Part shown: positions 1 through 12,300 of the stretch, piece after piece
Layout: each line of letters opens with the position of its first letter
Position numbering within the stretch: the first letter of the stretch is position 1
Assembly: GCA_964016885.1 (NCBI GenBank)
Contig: OZ024740.1
Location: 279,186,001 to 279,250,000, forward strand
Source of the DNA: Eledone cirrhosa
Taxonomy: Eukaryota
Length of the DNA stretch: 64,000 nucleotides
Direction of reading: 5' to 3'
The notes under the pieces: model-generated
What the model saw: only the letters and a program-made list of their open reading frames with translations
Database searches by the model: none
Told to the model about the DNA's origin: nothing
Translations under genes and position numbers: made by a program

Positions 1-917
1 AATCAGGGGTAGATAATTTGTAAAAAAAAATCAGGGGGAGATAATTTGTAAAAAAAAATCAGGGGGAGATAATTTGTAAAAAAAATCAAGGGGAGATAAT
101 TTTCAGCCGTCCAAGGAGAGGTAATTTCTAGCCGTCCAAGGGGAGATAATTTCCAGCCGTCCAAGGGGAGGTAATTTCCAGCCGTCCAAGGGGAGATAAT
201 TTTAAAAAAAAAATCAGGCGGAGATAATTTGTAAAAAAAATCAAGGGGAGATAATTTGCAGCCGTCCAAGGGGAGATAATTTTCAGTCGTCCAAGGAGAG
301 GTAATTTCTAGCCGTCCAAGGGGAGATAATTGCCAGCCGTCCAAGGGGAGATAATTTCCAGCCGTCCAAGGGGAGATAATTTTTTTTAAAAAATCAGGCG
401 GAGATAATTTGTAAAAAAAATCAGGGGGAGATAATTTGTAAACAAAATCAGGGGGAGATAATTTGTAAAAAAAAATCAGGGGGAGATAATTTGTAAAAAA
501 AATCATGGAGAGATAATTTCCAGCCGTCCAAGGTGAGATAATTTCCAGCCGTCCAAGGAGACATATTTTCCAGCCGTCCAAGGCGAGGTAATTTCTAGCC
601 GTCCAAGGGGAGATAAATTCCAGCCTCCAAGGGGAGATAATTTCCAGCTAGCCAAGTGGAGATAATTTGTAAAAAAATCAGGGGGAGATAATTTGTAAAA
701 AATATCAGGGAGATAATTTGTAAAAAAAAATCAGGGGGAGATAATTTGTAAAAAAAATCAGGGGGAGATAATTTGTAAAAAAAAATCAGGGGGAGATAAT
801 TTGTAAAAAAAATCAAGGGGAGATAATTTCCAGCCGTCCAAGGGGAGATAATTTTCAGCCGTCCAAGGGGAGATAATTTCCCGCCAGCCAAGGGAAGATA
901 ATATTTAAAAAAATCAG

Positions 918-1135
918 GCGGAGATAATTTGTAAAAAAAATCAGGGGGAGATAATTTGTAAAAAAATCAGGGGGAGATAATTTGTAAAAAAAAAATCAGG
1001 GGGAGATAATTTGTAAAAAAAATCAGGGGGAGATAATTTGTAAAAAAAAATCAGGGATAGATAATTTGTAAACAAAAATCAGGGGGAGATAATTTGTAAA
1101 AAAAAATCAGGGGGAGATAATTTGTAAAAAAAATG
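918..1135 (+). repeat. Representative run of type A monomers, CAGGGGGAGATAATTTGT(A)7-10T
   Basis: Consecutive tcagggggagataatttgtaaaaaaaa units that differ mainly in A-tract length. About 74% purine on the + strand (20/27 in the A8 unit). Confidence 0.95.
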
Positions 1136-3553
1136 AAAGGGGAGATAATATCCAGCCGTCCAAGGGGAGATAATTTCCAGCCGTCCAAGGGGATATAATT
1201 TCCAGTCGTCCAAGGGGAGATAATTTACATCCTTCCAAGGGGATATAATTTCCAGCCGTCCAAGGGGAGATAATTTCCCGCCAGCCAAGGGAAGATAATT
1301 TTAAAAAAAATCAGGCGGAGATTGTAAAAAAAATCAGGGGGGAGATAATTTGTAAAAAAATCAGGGGGAGATAATTTGTAAAAAATAATCAGGGGGAGAT
1401 AATTTGTAAAAAAATTCAAGGGGAGATAATTTCCAGCCGTCCAAGGGGAGATAATTTCCCGCCAGCCAAGGGAAGATAATATTTAAAAAAATTAGGCGGA
1501 GATAATTTGTAAAAAAAATCAGGGGGAGATAATTTGTAAAAAAATCAGGGGGAGATAATTTGTAAAAAAAATCAGGGGGAGATAATTTGTAAAAAAAATC
1601 ATGGGGAGATAATTTGTAAAAAAAAATCAGGGGTAGATAATTTGTAAAAAAAAATCAGGGGGAGATAATTTGTAAAAAAAAATCAGGGGGAGATAATTTG
1701 TAAAAAAAATCAAGGGGAGATAATATCCAGCCGTCCAAGGAGAGATAATTTAAAAAAAAAATGAGGCGGAGATAATTTGTAAAAAAAAAATCAGGGGGAG
1801 TTAATTTGTAAAAAAAAATGAGGGGGAGATAATTTGTAAAAAAAATCAAGGGGAGATAATTTCCAGCCGTCCAAGGGGAGATAATTTTCAGCCGTCCAAG
1901 GAGAGGTAATTTCTAGCCGTCCAAGGGGAGATAATTTCCAGCCGTCCAAGGGGAGGTAATTTCCAGCCGTCCAAGGGGAGATAATTTTAAAAAAAAATCA
2001 GGCGGAGATAATTTGTAAAAAAAATCAAGGGGAGATAATTTGCAGCCGTCCAAGGGGAGATAATTTTCAGTCGTCCAAGGAGAGGTAATTTCTAGCCGTC
2101 CAAGGGGAGATAATTTCCAGCCGTCCAAGGGGAGATAATTTCCAGCCGTCCAAGGGGAGATAATTTTTTTTAAAAAATCAGGCGGAGATAATTTGTAAAA
2201 AAAATCAGGGGGAGATAATTTGTAAACAAAATCAGGGGGAGATAATTTGTAAAAAAAAATCAGGGGGAGATAATTTGTAAAAAAAATTAGGCGTAGATAA
2301 TTTGTAAAAAAAATCAGGGGGAGATAATTTGTAAAAAAAAATCAGGGGGAGATAATTTGTTTAAAAAATCAAGGGGAGATAATTTGCAGCCGTCCAAGGG
2401 GAGATAATTTTCAGCCGTCCAAGGAGAGGTAATTTCTAGCCGTTCAAGGGGAGATAATTTCCAGCCGTCCAAGGGGAGATAATTTCCAGCCGTCCAAGGG
2501 GAGATAATTTTTTTTAAAAAATCAGGCGGAGATAATTTGTAAAAAAAAATCAGGGGGAGATAATTCGTAAAAAAAAATCAGGGGGAGATAATTTGTAAAA
2601 AAAAATCAGGGGGAGATAATTTGTAAAAAAAATCAAGGGGAGATAATTTCCAGCCGTCCAAGGGGAGGTAATATCTAGCCGTCCAAGGGGAGATAATTTC
2701 CAGCCGTCCAAGGGGAGATAATTTCCAGCCGTCCAAGGGGAGATAATTTCCAGCCGTCCAAGGAGACATATTTTCCAGCCGTCCAAGGCGAGGTAATTTC
2801 TAGCCGTCCAAGGGGAGATTAATTCCAGCCTCCAAGGGGAGATAATTTCCAGCCAGCCAAGGGGAGATAATTTGTAAAAAAATCAGGGGGAGATAATTTG
2901 TAAAAAATATCAGGGAGATAATTTGTAAAAAAAAATCAGGGGGAGATAATTTGTAAAAAAAATCAGGGGGAGATAATTTGTAAAAAAAAATCAGGGGGAG
3001 ATAATTTGTAAAAAAAATCAAGGGGAGATAATTTCCAGCCGTCCAAGGGGAGATAATTTTCAGCCGTCCAAGGAGAGGTAATTTCTAACCGTCCGAGGAG
3101 AGATAATTTCCAGCCGTCCAAGGGGAGATAATTTCCAGCCGTCCAAGGGGAGATAATTTCCAGCCGTCCAAGGAGACATATTTTCCAGCCGTCCAAGGAG
3201 AGGTAATTTCTAGCCGTCCAAGGGGAGATAAATTCCAGCCTCCAAGGGGAGATAATTTCCAGCCAGCCAAGGGGAGATAATTTGTAAAAAAATCAGGGGG
3301 AGATAATTTGCAAAAAAAATCAGGGGGAGATAATTTGTAAAAAAAATCAGGGGGAGATAATTTGTAAAAAATAATCAGGGGGAGATAATTTCCAGCCGTC
3401 CAAGGGAAGATAATTTCCAGCCCTCCAAGGGGCTATAATTTCCAGTGTCCAAGGGGAGATAATTTCCAGCCAGCGAAGGGGAGATAATTTTTTTTAAAAA
3501 ATCATTGGGAGATTTGTAAAAAAAATCAGGGGGAGATAATTTGTAAAAAAAAT

Positions 3554-4205
3554 CAAGGGGAGATAATTTCCAGCCGTCCAAGGGGAGGTAATATCTAGCC
3601 GTCCAAGGGTAGATAATTTCCAGCCGTCCAACGGGAGATAATTTCCAGCCGTCCAAGGGTAGATAATATCCAGCCGCCCAAGGACATATTTTCCAGCCGT
3701 CCAAGGAGAGGTAATTTCTAGCCGTCCAAGGGGAGATAATTTCCAGCCGTCCAAGGGGAGATAATTTCCAGCCGTCCAAGGGGAGATAATTTCCAGCCGT
3801 CCAAGGAGACATATTTTCCAGCCGTCCAAGGCGAGGTAATTTCTAGCCGTCCAAGGGGAGATTAATTCCAGCCTCCAAGGGAAGATAATTTCCAGCCGTC
3901 CAAGGGGAGGTAATATCTAGCCGTCCAAGGGTAGATAATTTCCAGCCGTCCAACGGGAGATAATTTCCAGCCGTCCAAGGGTAGATAATATCCAGCCGCC
4001 CAAGGACATATTTTCCAGCCGTCCAAGGAGAGGTAATTTCTAGCCGTCCAAGGGGAGATAATTTCCAGCCGTCCAAGGGTAGATAATATCCAGCCGTCCA
4101 AGGACATATTTTCCAGCCGTCCAAGGAGAGGTAATTTCTAGCCGTCCAAGGGGAGATAAATTCCAGCCTCCAAGGGGAGATAATTTCCAGCCAGCCAAGG
4201 GGAGA
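3554..4205 (+). repeat. Longest run of type B monomers seen (CAAGGGGAGATAATTTCCAGCCGTC and variants, about 26 units)
   Basis: About 650 bp with no A-tract monomer. CCAAGG recurs every ~25 bp. Confidence 0.9.
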
Positions 4206-7200
4206 TAATTTGTAAAAAAATCAGGGGGAGATAATTTGTAAAAAAAATCAGGGGGAGATAATTTGTAAAAAAAATCAGGGGGAGATAATTTGTAAAAAAA
4301 AATCAGGGTGAGATAATTTGCAAAAAAAATCAGGGGGAGATAATTTGTAAAAAAAAATCAGGGGTAGATAATTTGTAAAAAAAAATCAGGGGGAGATAAT
4401 TTGTAAAAAAAAATCAGGGGGAGATAATTTGTAAAAAAAATCAAGGGGAGATAATTTCCAGCCGTCCAAGGAGAGATAATTTAAAAAAAAATCAGGCGGA
4501 GATAATTTGTAAAAAAAAATCAGGGGGAGATAATTTGTAAAAAAAATCAGGGGGAGATAATTTGTAAAAAAATCAGGGGGAGATAATTTGTAAAAAAAAA
4601 AATCAGGGGGAGATAATTTGTAAAAAAAATCAGGGGGAGATAATTTGTAAAAAAAATCAGGGGTAGATAATTTGTAAAAAAAAATCAGGGGGAGATAATT
4701 TGTAAAAAAAAATCAGGGGGGGATAATTTGTAAAAAAAATGAAAGGGGAGATAATATCCAGCCGTCCAAGGGGAGATAATTTCCAGCCGTCCAAGGGGAG
4801 ATAATTTCCAGCCGTCCAAGGGGAGATAATTTCCATCCTTCCAAGGGGATATAATTTCCAGCCGTCCAAGGGGAGATAATTTCCATCCTTCCAAGGGGAT
4901 ATAATTTCCAGCCGTCCAAGGGGAGATAATTTTCAGCCGTCCAAGGAGAGGTAATTTCTAGCCGTCCAAGGAGAGATAATTTCCAGCCGTCCAAGGGGAG
5001 ATAATTTCCAGCCGTCCAAGGGGAGATAATTTCCAGCCGTCCAAGGAGACATATTTTCCAGCCGTCCAAGGAGAGGTAATTCCTAGCCGTCCAAGGGGAG
5101 ATAAATTCCAGCCTCCAAGGGGAGATAATTTCCAGCCAGCCAAGGGGAGATAATTTGTAAAAAAAATCAGGGGGAGATAATTTGTAAAAAAAATCAGGGG
5201 GAGATAATTTGTAAAAAAAAATCAGGGGTAGATAATTTGTAAAAAATAATCAGGGGGAGATAATTTGTAAAAAAAATCAAGGGGAGATAATTTCCAGCCG
5301 TCCAAGGGGAGATAATTTTCAGCCGTCCAAGGGGAGATAATTTCCCGCCAGCCAAGGGAAGATAATATTTAAAAAAATTAGGCGGAGATAATTTGTAAAA
5401 AAAATCAGGGGGAGATAATTTGTAAAAAAATCAGGGGGAGATAATTTGTAAAAAAAATCAGGGGGAGATAATTTGTAAAAAAAAATCAGGGGGAGATAAT
5501 TTGTAAAAAAAATCAAGGGGAGATAATTTCCAGCCGTCCAAGGGAAGATAATTTCCAGCCCTCCAAGGGGCTATAATTTCCAGCGTCCAAGGGGAGATAA
5601 TTTCCAGCCAGCGAAGGGGAGATAATTTTTTTTAAAAAATCATTGGGAGATTTGTAAAAAAAATCAGGGGGAGATAATTTGTAAAAAAAATCAAGGGGAG
5701 ATAATTTCCAGCCGTCCAAGGGGAGGTAATATCTAGCCGTCCAAGGGGAGATAATTTCCAGCCGTCCAAGGGGAGATAATTTCCAGCCGTCCAAGGGTAG
5801 ATAATATCCAGCCGTCCAAGGACATATTTTCCAGCCGTCCAAGGAGAGGTAATTTCTAGCCGTCCAAGGGGAGATAAATTCCAGCCTCCAAGGTGAGATA
5901 ATTTCCAGCCAGCCAAGGGGAGATAATTTGTAAAAAAATCAGGGGGAGATAATTTGTAAAAAAAATCAGGGGGAGATAATTTGTAAAAAAAAATCAGGGG
6001 GAGATAATCTGTAAAAAAAAATCAGGGGGAGATAATTTGTAAAAAAAAATCAGGGGGAGATAATTTGTAAAAAAATCAAGGGGAGATAATTTCCAGCCGT
6101 CCAAGGGGAGATAATTTTCAGCCGTCCAAGGGGAGATAATTTCCCGCCAGCCAAGGGAAGATAATATTTGAAAAAATCAGGCGGAGATAATTTGTAAAAA
6201 AAATCAGGGGGAGATAATTTGTAAAAAAATCAGGGGGAGATAATTTGTAAAAAAAAAATCAGGGGGAGATAATTTGTAAAAAGAATCAGGGGGAGATAAT
6301 TTGTAAAAAAAAATCAGGGGTAGATAAATTGTAAAAAAAAATCAGGGGGAGATAATTTGTAAAAAAAATCAGGGGGAGATAATTTGTAAAAAAAATGAAA
6401 GGGGAGATAATATCCAGCCGTCCAAGGGGAGATAATTTCCAGCCGTCCAAGGGGAGATAATTTCCAGCCGTCCAAGGGGAGATAATTTCCATCCTTCCAA
6501 GGGGATATAATTTCCAGCCGTCCAAGGGGAGATAATTTCCCGCCAGCCAAGGGAAGATAATTTTAAAAAAAATCAGGCGGAGATTGTAAAAAAAATCAGG
6601 GGGGAGATAATTTGTAAAAAAATCAGGGGGAGATAATTTGTAAAAAAAAATCAGGGGGAGATAATTTGTAAAAAATAATCAGGGGGAGATAATTTGTAAA
6701 AAAAAATCAAGGGGAGATAATTTCCAGCCGTCCAAGGGGAGATAATTTCCCGCCAGCCAAGGGAAGATAATATTTAAAAAAATTAGGCGGAGATAATTTG
6801 TAAAAAAAATCAGGGGGAGATAATTTGTAAAAAAATCAGGGGGAGATAATTTGTAAAAAAAATCAGGGGGAGATAATTTGTAAAAAAATTCATGGGGAGA
6901 TAATTTGTAAAAAAAAATCAGGGGTAGATAATTTGTAAAAAAAAATCAGGGGGAGATAATTTGTAAAAAAAAATCAGGGGGAGATAATTTGTAAAAAAAA
7001 TCAAGGGGAGATAATTTCCAGCCGTCCAAGGGGAGATAATTTTCAGCCGTCCAAGGAGAGGTAATTTCTAGCCGTCCAAGGGGAGATAATTTCCAGCCGT
7101 CCAAGGGGAGGTAATTTCCAGCCGTCCAAGGGGAGATAATTTTAAAAAAAAAATCAGGCGGAGATAATTTGTAAAAAAAATCAAGGGGAGATAATTTGCA

Positions 7201-7442
7201 GCCGTCCAAGGGGAGATAATTTTCAGTCGTCCAAGGAGAGGTAATTTCTAGCCGTCCAAGGGGAGATAATTGCCAGCCGTCCAAGGGGAGATAATTTCCA
7301 GCCGTCCAAGGGGAGATAATTTTTTTTAAAAAATCAGGCGGAGATAATTTGTAAAAAAAATCAGGGGGAGATAATTTGTAAACAAAATCAGGGGGAGATA
7401 ATTTGTAAAAAAAAATCAGGGGGAGATAATTTGTAAAAAAAA

Positions 7443-9333
7443 TCATGGAGAGATAATTTCCAGCCGTCCAAGGTGAGATAATTTCCAGCCGTCCAAGGAG
7501 ACATATTTTCCAGCCGTCCAAGGCGAGGTAATTTCTAGCCGTCCAAGGGGAGATAAATTCCAGCCTCCAAGGGGAGATAATTTCCAGCCAGCCAAGTGGA
7601 GATAATTTGTAAAAAAATCAGGGGGAGATAATTTGTAAAAAATATCAGGGAGATAATTTGTAAAAAAAAATCAGGGGGAGATAATTTGTAAAAAAAATCA
7701 GGGGGAGATAATTTGTAAAAAAAAATCAGGGGGAGATAATTTGTAAAAAAAATCAAGGGGAGATAATTTCCAGCCGTCCAAGGGGAGATAATTTTCAGCC
7801 GTCCAAGGGGAGATAATTTCCCGCCAGCCAAGGGAAGATAATATTTAAAAAAATCAGGCGGAGATAATTTGTAAAAAAAATCAGGGGGAGATAATTTGTA
7901 AAAAAATCAGGGGGAGATAATTTGTAAAAAAAAAATCAGGGGGAGATAATTTGTAAAAAAAATCAGGGGGAGATAATTTGTAAAAAAAATCAAGGGGAGA
8001 TAATTTCCAGCCGTCCAAGGGGAGATAATTTTCAGCCGTCCAAGGGGAGATAATTTGTAAAAAAAATCAAGGGGAGATAATTTCCAGCCGTCCAAGGGGA
8101 GATAATTTCCCGCCAGCCAAGGGAAGATAATATTTAAAAAAATCAGGCGGAGATAATTTGTAAAAAAAATCAGGGGGAGATAATTTGTAAAAAAATCAGG
8201 GGGAGATAATTTGTAAAAAAAAAATCAGGGGGAGATAATTTGTAAAAAAAATCAGGGGGAGATAATTTGTAAAAAAAAATCAGGGGTAGATAAATTGTAA
8301 AAAAAAATCAGGGGGAGATAATTTGTAAAAAAAATCAGGGGGAGATAATTTGTAAAAAAAATGAAAGGGGAGATAATATCCAGCCGTCCAAGGGGAGATA
8401 ATTTCCAGCCGTCCAAGGGGAGATAATTTCCAGCCGTCCAAGGGGAGATAATTTCCATCCTTCCAAGGGGATATAATTTCCAGCCGTCCAAGGGGAGATA
8501 ATTTCCCGCCAGCCAAGGGAAGATAATTTGTAAAAAAATCAGGGGGAGATAATTTGTAAAAAAAAATCAGGGGGAGATAATTTGTAAAAAATAATCAGGG
8601 GGAGATAATTTGTAAAAAAAAATCAAGGGGAGATAATTTCCAGCCGTCCAAGGGGAGATAATTTCCCGCCAGCCAAGGGAAGATAATATTTAAAAAAATT
8701 AGGCGGAGATAATTTGTAAAAAAAATCAGGGGGAGATAATTTGTAAAAAAATCAGGGGGAGATAATTTGTAAAAAAAATCAGGGGGAGATAATTTGTAAA
8801 AAAAATCATGGGGAGATAATTTGTAAAAAAAAATCAGGGGTAGATAATTTGTAAAAAAAAATCAGGGGGAGATAATTTGTAAAAAAAAATCAGGGGGAGA
8901 TAATTTGTAAAAAAAATCAAGGGGAGATAATTTCCAGCCGTCCAAGGGGAGATAATTTTCAGCTGTCCAAGGAGAGGTAATTTCTAGCCGTCCAAGGGGA
9001 GATAATTTCCAGCCGTCCAAGGGGAGGTAATTTCCAGCCGTCCAAGGGGAGATAATTTTAAAAAAAAAGTCAGGCGGAGATAATTTGTAAAAAAAATCAA
9101 GGGGAGATAATTTTCAGTCGTCCAAGGAGAGGTAATTTCTAGCCGTCCAAGGGGAGATAATTGCCAGCCGTCCAAGGGGAGATAATTTCCAGCCGTCCAA
9201 GGGGAGATAATTTTTTTTAAAAAATCAGGCGGAGATAATTTGTAAAAAAAATCAGGGGGAGATAATTTGTAAACAAAATCAGGGGGAGATAATTTGTAAA
9301 AAAAAATCAGGGGGAGATAATTTGTAAAAAAAA
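7443..9333 (+). repeat. Truncated HOR / sub-block duplication, 1,891 bp
   Basis: The anchor recurs at 9334. This unit lacks the ggggctata/tcattggg and aattcctag modules found in full units. Confidence 0.7.
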
Positions 9334-12300
9334 TCATGGAGAGATAATTTCCAGCCGTCCAAGGTGAGATAATTTCCAGCCGTCCAAGGAGACATATTTT
9401 CCAGCCGTCCAAGGCGAGGTAATTTCTAGCCGTCCAAGGGGAGATAAATTCCAGCCTCCAAGGGGAGATAATTTCCAGCCAGCCAAGTGGAGATAATTTG
9501 TAAAAAAATCAGGGGGAGATAATTTGTAAAAAATATCAGGGAGATAATTTGTAAAAAAAAATCAGGGGGAGATAATTTGTAAAAAAAATCAGGGGGAGAT
9601 AATTTGTAAAAAAAAATCAGGGGGAGATAATTTGTAAAAAAAATCAAGGGGAGATAATTTCCAGCCGTCCAAGGGGAGATAATTTTCAGCCGTCCAAGGG
9701 GAGATAATTTCCCGCCAGCCATGGGAAGATAATATTTAAAAAAATCAGGCGGAGATAATTTGTAAAAAAAATCAGGGGGAGATAATTTGTAAAAAAATCA
9801 GGGGGAGATAATTTGTAAAAAAAAAATCAGGGGGAGATAATTTGTAAAAAAAATCAGGGGGAGATAATTTGTAAAAAAAAATCAGGGGTAGATAATTTGT
9901 AAAAAAAAATCAGGGGGAGATAATTTGTAAAAAAAAATCAGGGGGAGATAATTTGTAAAAAAATGAAAGGGGAGATAATATCCAGCCGTCCAAGGGGAGA
10001 TAATTTCCAGCCGTCCAAGGGGATATAATTTCCAGCCGTCCAAGGGGAGATAATTTCCATCCTTCCAAGGGGATATAATTTCCAGCCGTCCAAGGGGAGA
10101 TAATTTCCCGCCAGCCAAGGGAAGATAATTTTTAAAAAAATCAGGCGGAGATTGTAAAAAAAATCAGGGGGGAGATAATTTGTAAAAAAATCAGGAGGAG
10201 ATAATTTGTAAAAAATAATCAGGGGGAGATAATTTGTAAAAAAATTCAAGGGGAGATAATTTCCAGCCGTCCAAGGGGAGATAATTTCCCGCCAGCCAAG
10301 GGAAGATAATATTTAAAAAAATTAGGCGGAGATAATTTGTAAAAAAAATCAGGGGGAGATAATTTGTAAAAAAATCAGGGGGAGATAATTTGTAAAAAAA
10401 ATCAGGGGGAGATAATTTGTAAAAAAAATCATGGGGAGATAATTTGTAAAAAAAAATCAGGGGTAGATAATTTGTAAAAAAAAATCAGGGGGAGATAATT
10501 TGTAAAAAAAAATCAGGGGGAGATAATTTGTAAAAAAAATCAAGGGGAGATAATATCCAGCCGTCCAAGGAGAGATAATTTTAAAAAAAAATGAGGCGGA
10601 GATAATTTGTAAAAAAAATCAGGGGGAGATAATTTGTAAAAAAATCAGGGGGAGATAATTTGTAAAAAAAATCAGGGGGAGATAATTTGTAAAAAAAATC
10701 ATGGGGAGATAATTTGTAAAAAAAAATCAGGGGTAGATAATTTGTAAAAAAAAATCAGGGGGAGATAATTTGTAAAAAAAAATGAGGGGGAGATAATTTG
10801 TAAAAAAAATCAAGGGGAGATAATTTCCAGCCGTCCAAGGGGAGATAATTTTCAGCCGTCCAAGGAGAGGTAATTTCTAGCCGTCCAAGGGGAGATAATT
10901 TCCAGCCGTCCAAGGGGAGGTAATTTCCAGCCGTCCAAGGGGAGATAAATTAAAAAAAAAATCAGGCGGAGATAATTTGTAAAAAAAATCAAGGGGAGAT
11001 AATTTGCAGCCGTCCAATGGGAGATAATTTTTAGTCGTCCAAGGAGAGGTAATTTCTAGCCGTCAAAGGGGAGATAATTTCCAGCCGTCCAAGGGGAGAT
11101 AATTTCCAGCCGTCCAAGGGGAGATAATTTTTTTTTAAAAATCAGGCGGAGATAATTTGTAAAAAAAATCAGGGGGAGATAATTTGTAAACAAAATCAGG
11201 GGGAGATAATTTGTAAAAAAAAATCAGGGGGAGATAATTTGTAAAAAAAATTAGGCGTAGATAATTTGTAAAAAAAAATCAGGGGGAGATAATTTGTAAA
11301 AAAAAATCAGGGGGAGATAATTTGTTTAAAAAATCAAGGGGAGATAATTTGCAGCCGTCCAAGGGGAGATAATTTTCAGCCGTCCAAGGAGAGGTAATTT
11401 CTAGCCGTTCAAGGGGAGATAATTTCCAGCCGTCCAAGGGGAGATAATTTCCAGCCGTCCAAGGGGAGATAATTTTTTTTTAAAAATCAGGCGGAGATAA
11501 TTTGTAAAAAAAAATCAGGGGGAGATAATTCGTAAAAAAAAATCAGGGGGAGATAATTTGTAAAAAAAAATCAGGGGGAGATAATTTGTAAAAAAAATCA
11601 AGGGGAGATAATTTCCAGCCGTCCAAGGGAAGATAATTTCCAGCCCTCCAAGGGGCTATAATTTCCAGCGTCCAAGGGGAGATAATTTCCAGCCAGCGAA
11701 GGGGAGATAATTTTTTAAAAAAAATCATTGGGAGATTTGTAAAAAAAATCAGGGGGAGATAATTTGTAAAAAAAATCAAGGGGAGATAATTTCCAGCCGT
11801 CCAAGGGGAGGTAATATCTAGCCGTCCAAGGGTAGATAATTTCCAGCCGTCCAACGGGAGATAATTTCCAGCCGTCCAAGGGTAGATAATATCCAGCCGC
11901 CCAAGGACATATTTTCCAGCCGTCCAAGGAGAGGTAATTTCTAGCCGTCCAAGGGGAGATAATTTCCAGCCGTCCAAGGGTAGATAATATCCAGCCGTCC
12001 AAGGACATATTTTCCAGCCGTCCAAGGAGAGGTAATTTCTAGCCGTCCAAGGGGAGATAAATTCCAGCCTCCAAGGGGAGATAATTTCCAGCCAGCCAAG
12101 GGGAGATAATTTGTAAAAAAATCAGGGGGAGATAATTTGTAAAAAAAATCAGGGGGAGATAATTTGTAAAAAAAAATCAGGGGGAGATAATTTGTAAAAA
12201 AAAATCAGGGGGAGATAATTTGCAAAAAAAATCAGGGGGAGATAATTTGTAAAAAAAAATCAGGGGGAGATAATTTGTAAAAAAAATCAAGGGGAGATAA

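Larger units (their letters stand above)
503..7442 (+). repeat. Higher-order repeat unit, 6,940 bp
   Basis: The anchor tcatggagagataatttcc...ggtgag...ggagacatatttt...ggcgagg occurs at 503 and again at 7443. Matching pseudo-ORF starts lie at 581 and 7521. Confidence 0.8.

Noticed and set aside
140-154. NF-kB/Rel-like site GGGGAGATAATTTCC and NR5A-like CCAAGG
   Set aside because: The spacing between GGG and TTCC is too long for GGGRNNYYCC, and CCAAGG is followed by GGA rather than the YCR of the NR5A consensus.
4205-4440. G-quadruplex potential from repeated G4-G5 tracts
   Set aside because: Loops between G-tracts are about 21-24 nt, far beyond the usual 1-7 nt consensus, so a stable intramolecular G4 is not supported.
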